Shown piece by piece: positions 53,439 through 61,426 of a DNA stretch of 64,000 bases. The translations under genes were made by a program, and so were the position numbers. The DNA lies in the NCBI GenBank assembly GCA_035713725.1, contig DASTMZ010000008.1, positions 8,280 to 72,279 on the forward strand, written 5' to 3'. The stretch comes from Micromonosporaceae bacterium (lineage in GTDB: Bacteria > Actinomycetota > Actinomycetes > Mycobacteriales > Micromonosporaceae). The notes beneath the pieces are model-generated. The model was given only the letters and a program-made list of their open reading frames with translations. It ran no database searches and was not told where the DNA came from. Positions within the stretch are counted from its first letter, which is position 1; each line of letters opens with the position of its first letter.

Positions 53439-55070
53439 ATGACCCGAGGCGGGACCTTTAGAAGCCGGGCGATCAGAAGCATTGTCGTTCTCGCGACCCT
53501 TACCCTCGCGATGGCCGGATGCAGCTCCATTTCCTCGGGGTCAGGCAACTCCTCGTCCAACAACAACAAGGCAGCCAAGGCGGGCGGCACGCTCACCGTC
53601 GCGCTTGCGGGCGAGCCGGACGCGCTCGACCCGACCACCGGCCGTACGCTGGTCGGCCGCAGCGTCTTTACGTCTATTTGCGAGAAGCTCTACGACGTCG
53701 ACAGCAAGCTCGCGGTCGTGCCGCAGCTCGCGGCATCGTTGCCACAGTTCTCTTCGGACGGACTGACCGTCACGATCAAGCTGCGCTCCGGCGTCAAGTT
53801 CGCCGACGGCACGCCGATGGATGCCACCGCGGTCAAGACGAGCCTCGACCGTGATATGACATTGCCCGGCTCCGCGCGCCAGAGCGAACTCACCAGCATC
53901 GACAATGTGTCGGTGGCCGACCCGACCACCGTGACCATCAAGCTCAAGCAGCCGTTCACGCCGTTGACCGCGATCCTGGCCGACCGCGCCGGCATGGTGA
54001 TGTCGCCGACCGCGCTGCAGTCCGAGGGCGCGAACTTTGGCGAGCACCCGGTCTGCGTCGGCCCGTTCAAGTTCTCCACTCGCGTCGCGCAGGACCGCAT
54101 TGAGGTCGTCAAGGACCCGAACTACTACGACGCCAGCAAGGTCCTGCTGGACAAGATCGTTTACAAGATCATTGCCGACCCGGAGACCCGGTTCAACAAC
54201 TTGCAGTCCGGTGACGTCCAGGTGCTCGACACCGTGGCGGCCACCGATGTCGACGCGTTGAAAGCGGACTCGAAGCTCGAGTTGCTGAGCTCCGACTCGC
54301 TCGGCTATCAGGGCATCACGATCAACATCGGAAATGTCGACGGCGTCGGCAAGCCCGGTCGGGCGCTGCCAGCGAAGTTGGCCAGCCCGATGTCGGCGAA
54401 CGCTCAGGTGCGCCAGGCGTTCGAGCTGAGCCTCGACCGCGACGCGATCAACAAGGTCGTGTTCCGCGGTGAGTTCAGCCCGGCTTGTGGACCGATCAGC
54501 CCGGCGAGCCCATTCTCCACTCCGGAAGCTCAGGTGTGCCCGAAGCACGACCCGACCGCGGCGAAGGCGCTGTTGGCCTCGGCCGGCGTTTCGACGCCGG
54601 TGAAGGTCAGCATGATCATTGGCAACACGCCGGATGCGGAGCGATTGGGCCAGGCGATTCAGGCACAGGTGAAGGACGGCGGCTTCGACCTTCAGCTGGT
54701 GCCGGTCGAGTTCGCGGCATCGTTGGACCAGACCGACGCCGGTCAGTACCAGCTGTTCCAGATCGGTTGGTCGGGCCGCGTCGACCCGGACGGCAACATT
54801 GCGAACTTCGTCAGCACGCTCGGCTCGCAGAACAACGACGGCTACACCAACCCGTCCGTTGACACGCTGCTCGAGCAGGCGCGGTCGCAAGCCGATGTGG
54901 CCGCGCGCGCGAAGATCTACGGCCAGGTGATCACTCAGCTGCACCAGGACGTACCGATCATCTACCTGTACCGGCAGAAGAACTTCACCGGTGTTTCCCG
55001 CACGGTCGTGGGGGTTCAGGTGTTCGGCGACGGCCTGCTCCGATTCAAGACCGCGGGCTTCGCGGCCTGA
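53439..55070 (+). CDS. Peptide/nickel-type ABC transporter substrate-binding lipoprotein (family 5, DppA/OppA/GsiB-like)
   Basis: Signal peptide with lipobox AMAGC and family-5 SBP pattern (GGTLTVALAGEPDALDP..., LVPQLA, DPNYYD, GWSGRVDPDGN). The ORF-track start is 53364. Confidence 0.88.
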   Translation: MTRGGTFRSRAIRSIVVLATLTLAMAGCSSISSGSGNSSSNNNKAAKAGGTLTVALAGEPDALDPTTGRTLVGRSVFTSICEKLYDVDSKLAVVPQLAASLPQFSSDGLTVTIKLRSGVKFADGTPMDATAVKTSLDRDMTLPGSARQSELTSIDNVSVADPTTVTIKLKQPFTPLTAILADRAGMVMSPTALQSEGANFGEHPVCVGPFKFSTRVAQDRIEVVKDPNYYDASKVLLDKIVYKIIADPETRFNNLQSGDVQVLDTVAATDVDALKADSKLELLSSDSLGYQGITINIGNVDGVGKPGRALPAKLASPMSANAQVRQAFELSLDRDAINKVVFRGEFSPACGPISPASPFSTPEAQVCPKHDPTAAKALLASAGVSTPVKVSMIIGNTPDAERLGQAIQAQVKDGGFDLQLVPVEFAASLDQTDAGQYQLFQIGWSGRVDPDGNIANFVSTLGSQNNDGYTNPSVDTLLEQARSQADVAARAKIYGQVITQLHQDVPIIYLYRQKNFTGVSRTVVGVQVFGDGLLRFKTAGFAA

Positions 55071-55085
55071 TCGCATCGCCGGGGT

Positions 55086-55116
55086 GGTGGTCGCGAGCCC
55101 CGGGCTCGCGACCACC
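55086..55116 (+). terminator. Perfect 15 bp-arm palindrome after the binding-protein gene (attenuator/terminator hairpin)
   Basis: GGTGGTCGCGAGCCC c GGGCTCGCGACCACC, 16 bp after the stop. No T-tract follows. Confidence 0.5.
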
Positions 55117-55178
55117 ATCGGTTAGCTGGCAGATCGGTTAGCTGGCAGATCGGTCGCTGGCAGATCGGTCGCTGATAG
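55117..55178. repeat. 15-16 bp tandem repeat x4 between the binding-protein and permease genes
   Basis: atcggttagctggcag x2, atcggtcgctggcag, atcggtcgctgatag. It immediately follows the hairpin. Confidence 0.92.
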
Positions 55179-55217
55179 CACGGCTCGTGAACGAGGTGGG
55201 GGTCGGAGAGGAGGCCG

Positions 55218-56174
55218 ATGGGCCGGTACGTGCTGCGTCGCCTCCTCGAGTCGGCGGTCACGTTCGTTCTTGTGACGATCGTGGTGTTCGTCGGTGTCCG
55301 CGCACTGCCCGGCGACCCGGCGCGAGCGCTTGCCGGCGAGGAGAGTGATCCGGCGTCGCTGGCACAGATCCGCAAGTCCTTCGGGCTCGACGAGCCGATT
55401 CCGCTGCAGTACGTCCACTATGTCGGCAACGCGCTGCACGGCGATCTCGGCCGGTCGTCGCGCACCGGGCTGCCGGTTGCTACCACGATTCGCCAGGCGC
55501 TGCCGGTCACGTTGCAACTGGCTATCTTCGCCGTTGTCATCGCGGCGCTGATCGGGCTCATCGCCGGTGTGGTTGCCGCCGTACGCCGGCGCAGCGCGGC
55601 CGAGTGGGCGGCGAACAGTGTGGCGTTGCTTGGCCTGTCCGTACCGAGCTTCTGGTTCGGGCTGATGGCGGTGCTAGTGTTCGCGATCGCGTACCCGATC
55701 CTGCCGGCATCCGGCTTCGTGTCGGTGTTCTCCGATCCGTGGCAGAGCTTCCGCCATTTGCTGATGCCGGCCGTGGTGCTCGGTTCCGCCCTCGCCGCCG
55801 TCATCATGCGGCAGACCAGGTCCGCGATGATCGAGGCGATGAGTACGGACTACATCCGGACCGCTCGGGCCAAGGGTCTCGGCGGCCGGCAGGTCATCTT
55901 CGGGCACGCGTTGCGCAACAGCCTGATCGTGGTCACAACGATCGTCGGTCTGCAGCTTGGCGCGCTGATCTCCGGTGCCGTGGTCACCGAGCAGATCTTC
56001 GTCCTACCCGGTTTCGGCAAGCTCACCATCGACGCCGTGTTCACGCGTGACTACCCGATGATCCAGGGCGTCGTACTCGTGACCGCGACCGCCTACATCG
56101 GCATCAACCTGCTCGTCGATCTGCTGTATAGCGTGATCGACCCGCGTGTCCGGGTGGGCGGTGCTGCGGTGTGA
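55218..56174 (+). CDS. Peptide ABC transporter permease (DppB/OppB type)
   Basis: MGRYVLRRLLESAVTFVLVTIVVF N-terminus and an EAA-like loop (DYIRTARAKGLGGRQVIFGHALRNSL). GAGGAGG RBS. Confidence 0.9.
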   Translation: MGRYVLRRLLESAVTFVLVTIVVFVGVRALPGDPARALAGEESDPASLAQIRKSFGLDEPIPLQYVHYVGNALHGDLGRSSRTGLPVATTIRQALPVTLQLAIFAVVIAALIGLIAGVVAAVRRRSAAEWAANSVALLGLSVPSFWFGLMAVLVFAIAYPILPASGFVSVFSDPWQSFRHLLMPAVVLGSALAAVIMRQTRSAMIEAMSTDYIRTARAKGLGGRQVIFGHALRNSLIVVTTIVGLQLGALISGAVVTEQIFVLPGFGKLTIDAVFTRDYPMIQGVVLVTATAYIGINLLVDLLYSVIDPRVRVGGAAV

Positions 56175-57061
56175 CGACCTTCGAACTTGTGACGCTCGAC
56201 GAGACCGCGGCCCGTCCGCAGGCCCTCGGTGGTCGGCGGGTGCTGCGCCGTCTGAGGCGCAACCCACTCGCGCTGGCCGGCCTTATCGTCGTCGTGGTCG
56301 CGGTCATCCTGGCGATCTTCGCGAATCAGATCGCACCGTTCGCGCCGGATCACACGAACTTCTCGGCTGCGCTGACACCGCCGTCTGCGAGGCACTGGTT
56401 CGGCACCGACGAGCTCGGTCGCGACCAGCTGTCCCGGGTGTTGTTCGGCCTGCGCGTCTCGCTGTCGGTCGCGGCGCTGTCGGTGGCGCTGTCGCTGGTC
56501 GTCGGCGTGCCACTCGGGCTGGCCGCGGGGTTCTACGGATTCCTCGACCCGCTCGTGTCGCGGGTCGCGGACACGCTGCTCGCATTCCCGTTCCTCATCC
56601 TCGCGGTCGGGCTCGCCGCGATTCTTGGCCCGTCGCTCGGTACGGCAACCATCGCGATCGGCGTCGGCAACGTACCCGCGATCATCCGCATCACGCGCAG
56701 CGAAGCATTGCGTCTGAGAGGCCTGGACTTCGTGGCGGCCGCGGTCGCGGACGGCGCGAGCGACTTTGTCGTGCTGCGACGCCACATCCTGCCCAACGCG
56801 GTGAACACACTGATCGTGCAGGCAACCGTGGCGGCACCGGCGGCGATCATCGGCGAGGCCGTACTGTCGTTCCTCGGTCTCGGCATCCGGCCGCCGAATC
56901 CGTCGCTCGGTGTGATGCTCGCCAGCGCGCAACCGTTGTTCCGTGACGGCCCTTGGCTCGCCGTGCTGCCCGGCATCTGCATCGTTATCGTCACGCTCGG
57001 CCTGAATCTGTTGGGCGATGGGCTGCGCGACGCCCTCGATCCGCGGGAGTCGCCGCGATGA
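56171..57061 (+). CDS. Peptide ABC transporter permease (DppC/OppC type)
   Basis: HWFGTDELGRDQLSRV motif and an EAA-like loop (DFVAAAVADGASDFVVLRRHILPNAV). Overlaps the upstream stop. Confidence 0.9.
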   Translation: MTTFELVTLDETAARPQALGGRRVLRRLRRNPLALAGLIVVVVAVILAIFANQIAPFAPDHTNFSAALTPPSARHWFGTDELGRDQLSRVLFGLRVSLSVAALSVALSLVVGVPLGLAAGFYGFLDPLVSRVADTLLAFPFLILAVGLAAILGPSLGTATIAIGVGNVPAIIRITRSEALRLRGLDFVAAAVADGASDFVVLRRHILPNAVNTLIVQATVAAPAAIIGEAVLSFLGLGIRPPNPSLGVMLASAQPLFRDGPWLAVLPGICIVIVTLGLNLLGDGLRDALDPRESPR

Positions 57062-58212
57062 CCGCCGGCAACGGAGTGCCCGAGCAATCGGCTCGAGACT
57101 GGACCATCGAGAGCGTGCCGTCCGTGGAGAGCGTGCCGTCCGCGGAAAGCGTGCCGTCCGCGGAAAGCGTGCCGTCCGTCGGGCGCGTGCCGTCTGTGGA
57201 GAGCGTGCCGTCGAGCCTGTCCGGGCGCGAGACATTACTCTCGGTACGGGACCTGTCAGTGCGGTTCCGGACCGAAGACGGTCCGGTGCTCGCCGTCGAC
57301 GCGGTGTCCTTCGACGTCGGTCAACGAGAGGTGCTTGCGTTGGTCGGCGAGTCGGGCTGCGGCAAGAGCGTGACGGCGATGGCGCTCACACGTCTGCTGC
57401 CGAGCAACGCCAACATCTCCGGTGCGGTGAAGCTCGGCAGCCGATCGTTGCTCGATCTGTCCGAGCCGGACCTTCGGGACGTACGCGGTAAAGACATCGC
57501 GTACGTCTTCCAGGAGCCGATGACGTCACTGAACCCGGTGCTCACCGTCGGGCGTCAGATCGGCGAGGTGCTGCGTCGACACCAGCAGATGCGCGGAGCG
57601 GCGGTGATTCGTCGGGCTACCGAACTGCTGGACCTGGTCGGGATCCCGCTGCCGGACCGTCGCGTACGGGAATATCCACACCAGCTGTCCGGCGGCATGC
57701 GGCAGCGCGTGATGATCGCGATGGCGGTCGCGTGCCGACCGAAGCTGCTGGTCGCAGACGAGCCGACCACCGCCCTCGACGTGACCGTACAGGCGGGCAT
57801 CCTCGACGTCCTGCGTGATCTGCGCGCCGAGATCGGCACGGCGGTGCTGCTCATCACGCACGACCTGGGAGTCGTTGCCGACCTCGCGGATCGCGTCGTG
57901 GTCATGTACGCCGGCCGCACCATCGAGGAGGCCGGCACCGACGTGTTGTTCGCCCGCCACAGCCATCCGTACACCCGCGGGCTGCTGGAGGCCGTGCCGA
58001 ACCCACAGCGACGCGCAGACGGTGGCCTGCGGGAGATCCCTGGTCGCGTGCCGACCATGCGCAACTCGCCGGCCGCGTGCACATTCGCGGCACGGTGCGA
58101 GTTCGCCGACGAGCAATGCAGTCGCGAACGGCCGGCGTTGCTGCCCGGACCGGCCGGCCATCCGGTGCGCTGCTTCCATCCGTTGCCGGCGACCGCGGAA
58201 GCCCTGACATGA
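57058..58212 (+). CDS. Peptide ABC transporter ATP-binding protein (DppD/OppD type) with a repeat-bearing N-terminal leader
   Basis: Walker A GESGCGKSV, signature LSGGMRQRVMIAMAV, Walker B LLVADEPTTALD and an oligopeptide C-terminal domain (HPYTRGLL). ATGA overlap with the permease. The repeat frame has GC at every third position, which supports translation. Confidence 0.88.
   Translation: MTAGNGVPEQSARDWTIESVPSVESVPSAESVPSAESVPSVGRVPSVESVPSSLSGRETLLSVRDLSVRFRTEDGPVLAVDAVSFDVGQREVLALVGESGCGKSVTAMALTRLLPSNANISGAVKLGSRSLLDLSEPDLRDVRGKDIAYVFQEPMTSLNPVLTVGRQIGEVLRRHQQMRGAAVIRRATELLDLVGIPLPDRRVREYPHQLSGGMRQRVMIAMAVACRPKLLVADEPTTALDVTVQAGILDVLRDLRAEIGTAVLLITHDLGVVADLADRVVVMYAGRTIEEAGTDVLFARHSHPYTRGLLEAVPNPQRRADGGLREIPGRVPTMRNSPAACTFAARCEFADEQCSRERPALLPGPAGHPVRCFHPLPATAEALT
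57106..57213 (+). repeat. 18 bp tandem repeat x6 in the dppD-like 5' region (ESVPSV ESVPSA ESVPSA ESVPSV GRVPSV ESVPSS)
   Basis: atcgagagcgtgccgtcc gtggagagcgtgccgtcc gcggaaagcgtgccgtcc x2 gtcgggcgcgtgccgtct gtggagagcgtgccgtcg. Confidence 0.92.
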
Positions 58213-58298
58213 GCGGCCGTGACATGAGTGGCACTGACATGAGTGGCCGTGACATGAGTGGCACTGACATGAGTGGCACTGACATGAACGGCCGTGAA
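58209..58298 (+). repeat. 15 bp tandem repeat x6, each unit beginning with an in-frame ATG (MSGRD MSGTD MSGRD MSGTD MSGTD MNGRE)
   Basis: atgagcggccgtgac atgagtggcactgac atgagtggccgtgac atgagtggcactgac atgagtggcactgac atgaacggccgtgaa. Unit 1 carries the ATGA stop/start overlap. Confidence 0.95.
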
Positions 58299-59267
58299 GC
58301 GAAGACCGTGCTTGAGGTCGTCGACCTCGTCAAACACTTCGGTCCGGTGCGAGCCGTGGACGGCGTCAGCCTGACCGTCGCGGAGGGCGAGGTGGTCGGC
58401 CTCGTGGGGGAGTCCGGCAGCGGCAAGAGCACGCTCGGCCGCTGCGTGACGCGGCTCGTCCCGGTCACCGCCGGAGAAGTGCACATCAACGGTACGGACA
58501 TCTCCCGCCTCAGCCGTCACCGCCTGCGGCCGTTGCGCCGTGACTTCAACATCGTGTTCCAGGATCCGGCGTCGTCGTTGAATCCGCGGATGACGGTCGG
58601 CGACATCATCTCGGAGCCGTTGCGGCTGCACCGGGTCGGCACGCGCGTGACGCAGGAGCAGCGCGTCACGGAGCTGCTCGACCAGGTCGGCCTGCAGGCA
58701 GAGGTGTCGCGTCGGTATCCCCACGAGCTGTCTGGTGGGCAACGTCAGCGGGTGAGCCTCGCTCGGGCACTCTCGGCCGGGCCATCGCTGCTGGTGGCCG
58801 ACGAGCCGACGTCGGCGCTGGACGTCTCGGTGCAGGCCGCCGTGCTGAACCTGATCGGTCGATTGCAAGCCGACCTCGGCTTCGCGTGCCTGTTCGTGAC
58901 GCACGACCTTGCCGCTGTCGAATTTCTCGCACAACGCGTAGCCGTGATGTATCTCGGCGTACTCGTCGAGGTCGCCGACCGTGAGGCGCTGTTCGCGGCG
59001 CCGCGGCATCCGTACACTCAGGCGTTGTTGTCGGCGGCGCCGATTCCGGACCCGGTGGTTCAGCGCGGCCGTCAGCGGATTGTGCTGTCCGGCGAGGTAC
59101 CCAGCCCGATCGACCCGCCGTCCGGTTGCCGCTTCCACCCGCGGTGCCCCGTCGCGGTACCGGAGTGTGCAACCGTTGTTCCGGCCTTGCGCCCGGTCGG
59201 ACCGTCTGGTGAACTCGTCGCCTGCCACCTTGTGAACGACGACGGGACCGGCCCACGGCTAACCTAG
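58209..59267 (+). CDS. Peptide ABC transporter ATP-binding protein (DppF/OppF type) with a repeat-bearing N-terminal leader
   Basis: Walker A GESGSGKST, signature LSGGQRQRVSLARAL, Walker [25 protein letters not shown] overlap with the upstream gene. The true start may be any of six in-frame ATGs. Confidence 0.88.
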   Translation: MSGRDMSGTDMSGRDMSGTDMSGTDMNGREAKTVLEVVDLVKHFGPVRAVDGVSLTVAEGEVVGLVGESGSGKSTLGRCVTRLVPVTAGEVHINGTDISRLSRHRLRPLRRDFNIVFQDPASSLNPRMTVGDIISEPLRLHRVGTRVTQEQRVTELLDQVGLQAEVSRRYPHELSGGQRQRVSLARALSAGPSLLVADEPTSALDVSVQAAVLNLIGRLQADLGFACLFVTHDLAAVEFLAQRVAVMYLGVLVEVADREALFAAPRHPYTQALLSAAPIPDPVVQRGRQRIVLSGEVPSPIDPPSGCRFHPRCPVAVPECATVVPALRPVGPSGELVACHLVNDDGTGPRLT

Positions 59268-59294
59268 ACGACTGCGGGGTGATCGACCGTGGGC

Positions 59295-59370
59295 GATCGA
59301 TGGTGTGTGCTGGATCGTGGTGTGTGCTGGATCGTGGTGTTGGCTGGATCGCGGGGTTGAGCTGGATCGG
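59295..59370. repeat. 17-18 bp tandem repeat, about 4.5 copies (GGATCGTGGTGTGTGCT core), downstream of the dppF-like gene
   Basis: GGATCG recurs at 59312, 59329, 59346 and 59364, with a degenerate first copy at 59295. Confidence 0.88.
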
Positions 59371-59427
59371 CTAGCGGGCAGCATCGCAGGCCATGCCGGA
59401 CAGCCGGGGCTGGCGGGTGTGGGGAAC

Positions 59428-59500
59428 ATGGGCCGTGGGTGTATGGGCCGTGGGTATGTGAGCCGTGGGTATGTGAGCCGTGGGTATATGAGCCGTGGGA
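59428..59500. repeat. 13-15 bp tandem repeat x5 (ATGKGMGCCGTGGGT) just upstream of ggt
   Basis: atgggccgtgggtgt atgggccgtgggt atgtgagccgtgggt atgtgagccgtgggt atatgagccgtggga. It ends 5 bp before the GAGGAG RBS of ggt. Confidence 0.92.
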
Positions 59501-59519
59501 AATTGAGGAGAGCGAACCG

Positions 59520-61370
59520 ATGAACCCGACCAGACCGCAGCTAGCGGGGACGTTCGGAATGGTCGCATCGTCGCACTGGTTGGCGTCCGCGGCCGGCATG
59601 GCGGAACTTGAGCAGGGCGGCAACGCGTTCGACGCGGTCGTCGCAGCCGGGTTCACCCTTCAGGTCGTCGAGCCGCATCTGAACGGTCCGGGCGGAGAGG
59701 TGCCGATCATCTTCGCGCGGTCCGACGATGACGCGCCGACCGTGCTATGTGGGCAGGGTCCGGCGCCGAGCGGCGCGACCATCGCGCACTACCGCGACCT
59801 CGGCCTCGAGCTGATCCCCGGCGCCGGCCCGCTTGCGGCCGCGGTTCCCGGCGCGGTCGAGGCGTGGCTCACGTTATTGCGCGATCACGGTACGCGGCGG
59901 CTCGCGGACGTACTCGCGTATGCGATCTCGTATGCAGACCGCGGTCATCCACTGCTGCCACGCGCCGCCGGCGCGATCAACCAGGTCGCGAAGTTGTTCG
60001 CGAACGACTGGACGACGTCGGCCGAAGTGTTCCTGGCCGGTGACGCGGCACCCGGCCCCGGCACGCTGTTCCGCAATCCTGCGCTAGCCGAGACGTACCG
60101 GCGTCTGGTCGCGGCCGAGACAGCGGCGAGCGGCGGTCGCGAGGCGGGCATCGACGCGGCCCGACGGGCATGGCGCGAGGGCTTCGTCGCGGAGGCGGTC
60201 GACGCGTTCGCCCAACGCCCGTTCCGGCACCCGCACGGCGGGCACCACACCGCCGTGATCGGTGGCGCCGATCTGGCCGCGTTCACCGCCGAATACGAAG
60301 CGACGACGTCGCACCCGTTCAGGGATGTGGTCGTACACAAGACGTCCGGTTGGGGACAAGGCCCGGTTCTGTTGCAACAGCTCGCGATGCTGGACGGGTA
60401 CGACGACGCGGCGATAGATCCGAGTACGCCGGACGGCGTGCACGTCGCGGTCGAGGTAACCAAGCTCTCGTTCGCTGACCGTGACGCGTGGTACGGCGAC
60501 GCCGTACCGCCGCCTCTGCACGCCTTGCTGGACAAGGGGTATACGGAATCGCGCCGTGCTCTCGTCGGAGACGACGCGAGCCTCGTACTCCGTCCCGGCG
60601 CACCCGACGGACAATCGCCGCGTCTGCCCGCGCTGCTTGCGCACATGCTCAATGCCCCGAACCCCTCCGAGGCAGCCCCCGATCCGGCGGTCACTGAGCC
60701 AGCCGAACGTCCGACGCCCGAGGCTGCGGTCCCGACGCAGGGGACACTCGGCGAGCCGACCGTGGAGCGCGACGGTATTGCGCGCGGCGACACGTGCCAT
60801 GTCGACGTCGTCGACCGCTGGGGCAACATCGTGTCCGCGACACCGAGCGGCGGTTGGTTGCAGAGCTCGCCGGTGATTCCGCCGTTGGGCTTCCCGCTGG
60901 GTACGCGTCTGCAGATGTGTTGGCTCGAGGAGGGACTGCCGGCGAGCCTGACGCCTGGCCGGCGGCCGCGCACCACGCTCAGCCCGACGATGATCTACCG
61001 TGACGGGCGGCCAGCGATCGCCTGCGGTACGCCCGGCGGCGACCAACAAGATCAGTGGCAGCTCGTGTTCCTGTTGTCGCATCTGGTTCGCAGACTGCCG
61101 CTCCAGGCCGCCATCGAGGCGCCGAGTTGGCATAGCAACGCGGTGGCAAGCTCCTTCTTCCCACGGGACTCGCGGCCCGGCGAACTCGTCATGGAGGGTC
61201 GATGGGGCGGTCCCGCCGTGGACGCGCTGCGGCGCCGTGGACACCGTGTGGTCGTCGCGGAGCCGTGGTCCCTTGGACGCCTGGCCGCCGTGAGCCGAGA
61301 CCCGGACACCGGCCTGATGCAAGCGGCCGCGGATCCGCGCGGCCGGCAGGCGTACGCCGTCGGACGCTAG
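59520..61370 (+). CDS. ggt: Gamma-glutamyltransferase-family protein
   Basis: 616 aa. N-terminal GMVASSHWLASAAGMAELEQGGNAFDAVVAAGFTLQVVEPHLNGPGG and a nucleophile region GDTCHVDVVDRWGN (Thr). GAGGAG RBS lies 9 nt upstream. Confidence 0.88.
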   Translation: MNPTRPQLAGTFGMVASSHWLASAAGMAELEQGGNAFDAVVAAGFTLQVVEPHLNGPGGEVPIIFARSDDDAPTVLCGQGPAPSGATIAHYRDLGLELIPGAGPLAAAVPGAVEAWLTLLRDHGTRRLADVLAYAISYADRGHPLLPRAAGAINQVAKLFANDWTTSAEVFLAGDAAPGPGTLFRNPALAETYRRLVAAETAASGGREAGIDAARRAWREGFVAEAVDAFAQRPFRHPHGGHHTAVIGGADLAAFTAEYEATTSHPFRDVVVHKTSGWGQGPVLLQQLAMLDGYDDAAIDPSTPDGVHVAVEVTKLSFADRDAWYGDAVPPPLHALLDKGYTESRRALVGDDASLVLRPGAPDGQSPRLPALLAHMLNAPNPSEAAPDPAVTEPAERPTPEAAVPTQGTLGEPTVERDGIARGDTCHVDVVDRWGNIVSATPSGGWLQSSPVIPPLGFPLGTRLQMCWLEEGLPASLTPGRRPRTTLSPTMIYRDGRPAIACGTPGGDQQDQWQLVFLLSHLVRRLPLQAAIEAPSWHSNAVASSFFPRDSRPGELVMEGRWGGPAVDALRRRGHRVVVAEPWSLGRLAAVSRDPDTGLMQAAADPRGRQAYAVGR

Positions 61371-61426
61371 CGCTGCGCCCCAAGCCTGCTGAGCGCTGAG
61401 CCTTCGGATCGGAACCCGGGAGTGTC

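Noticed and set aside
53541-55118. 525-aa minus-strand ORF antisense to the peptide-binding protein gene
   Set aside because: Shadow ORF with no domain signature. The plus strand encodes a convincing family-5 SBP with a lipoprotein signal.
57555-59228. 557-aa minus-strand ORF antisense to both ABC ATPase genes
   Set aside because: Shadow ORF. The Walker, signature and other ABC motifs are all in the plus-strand frames.
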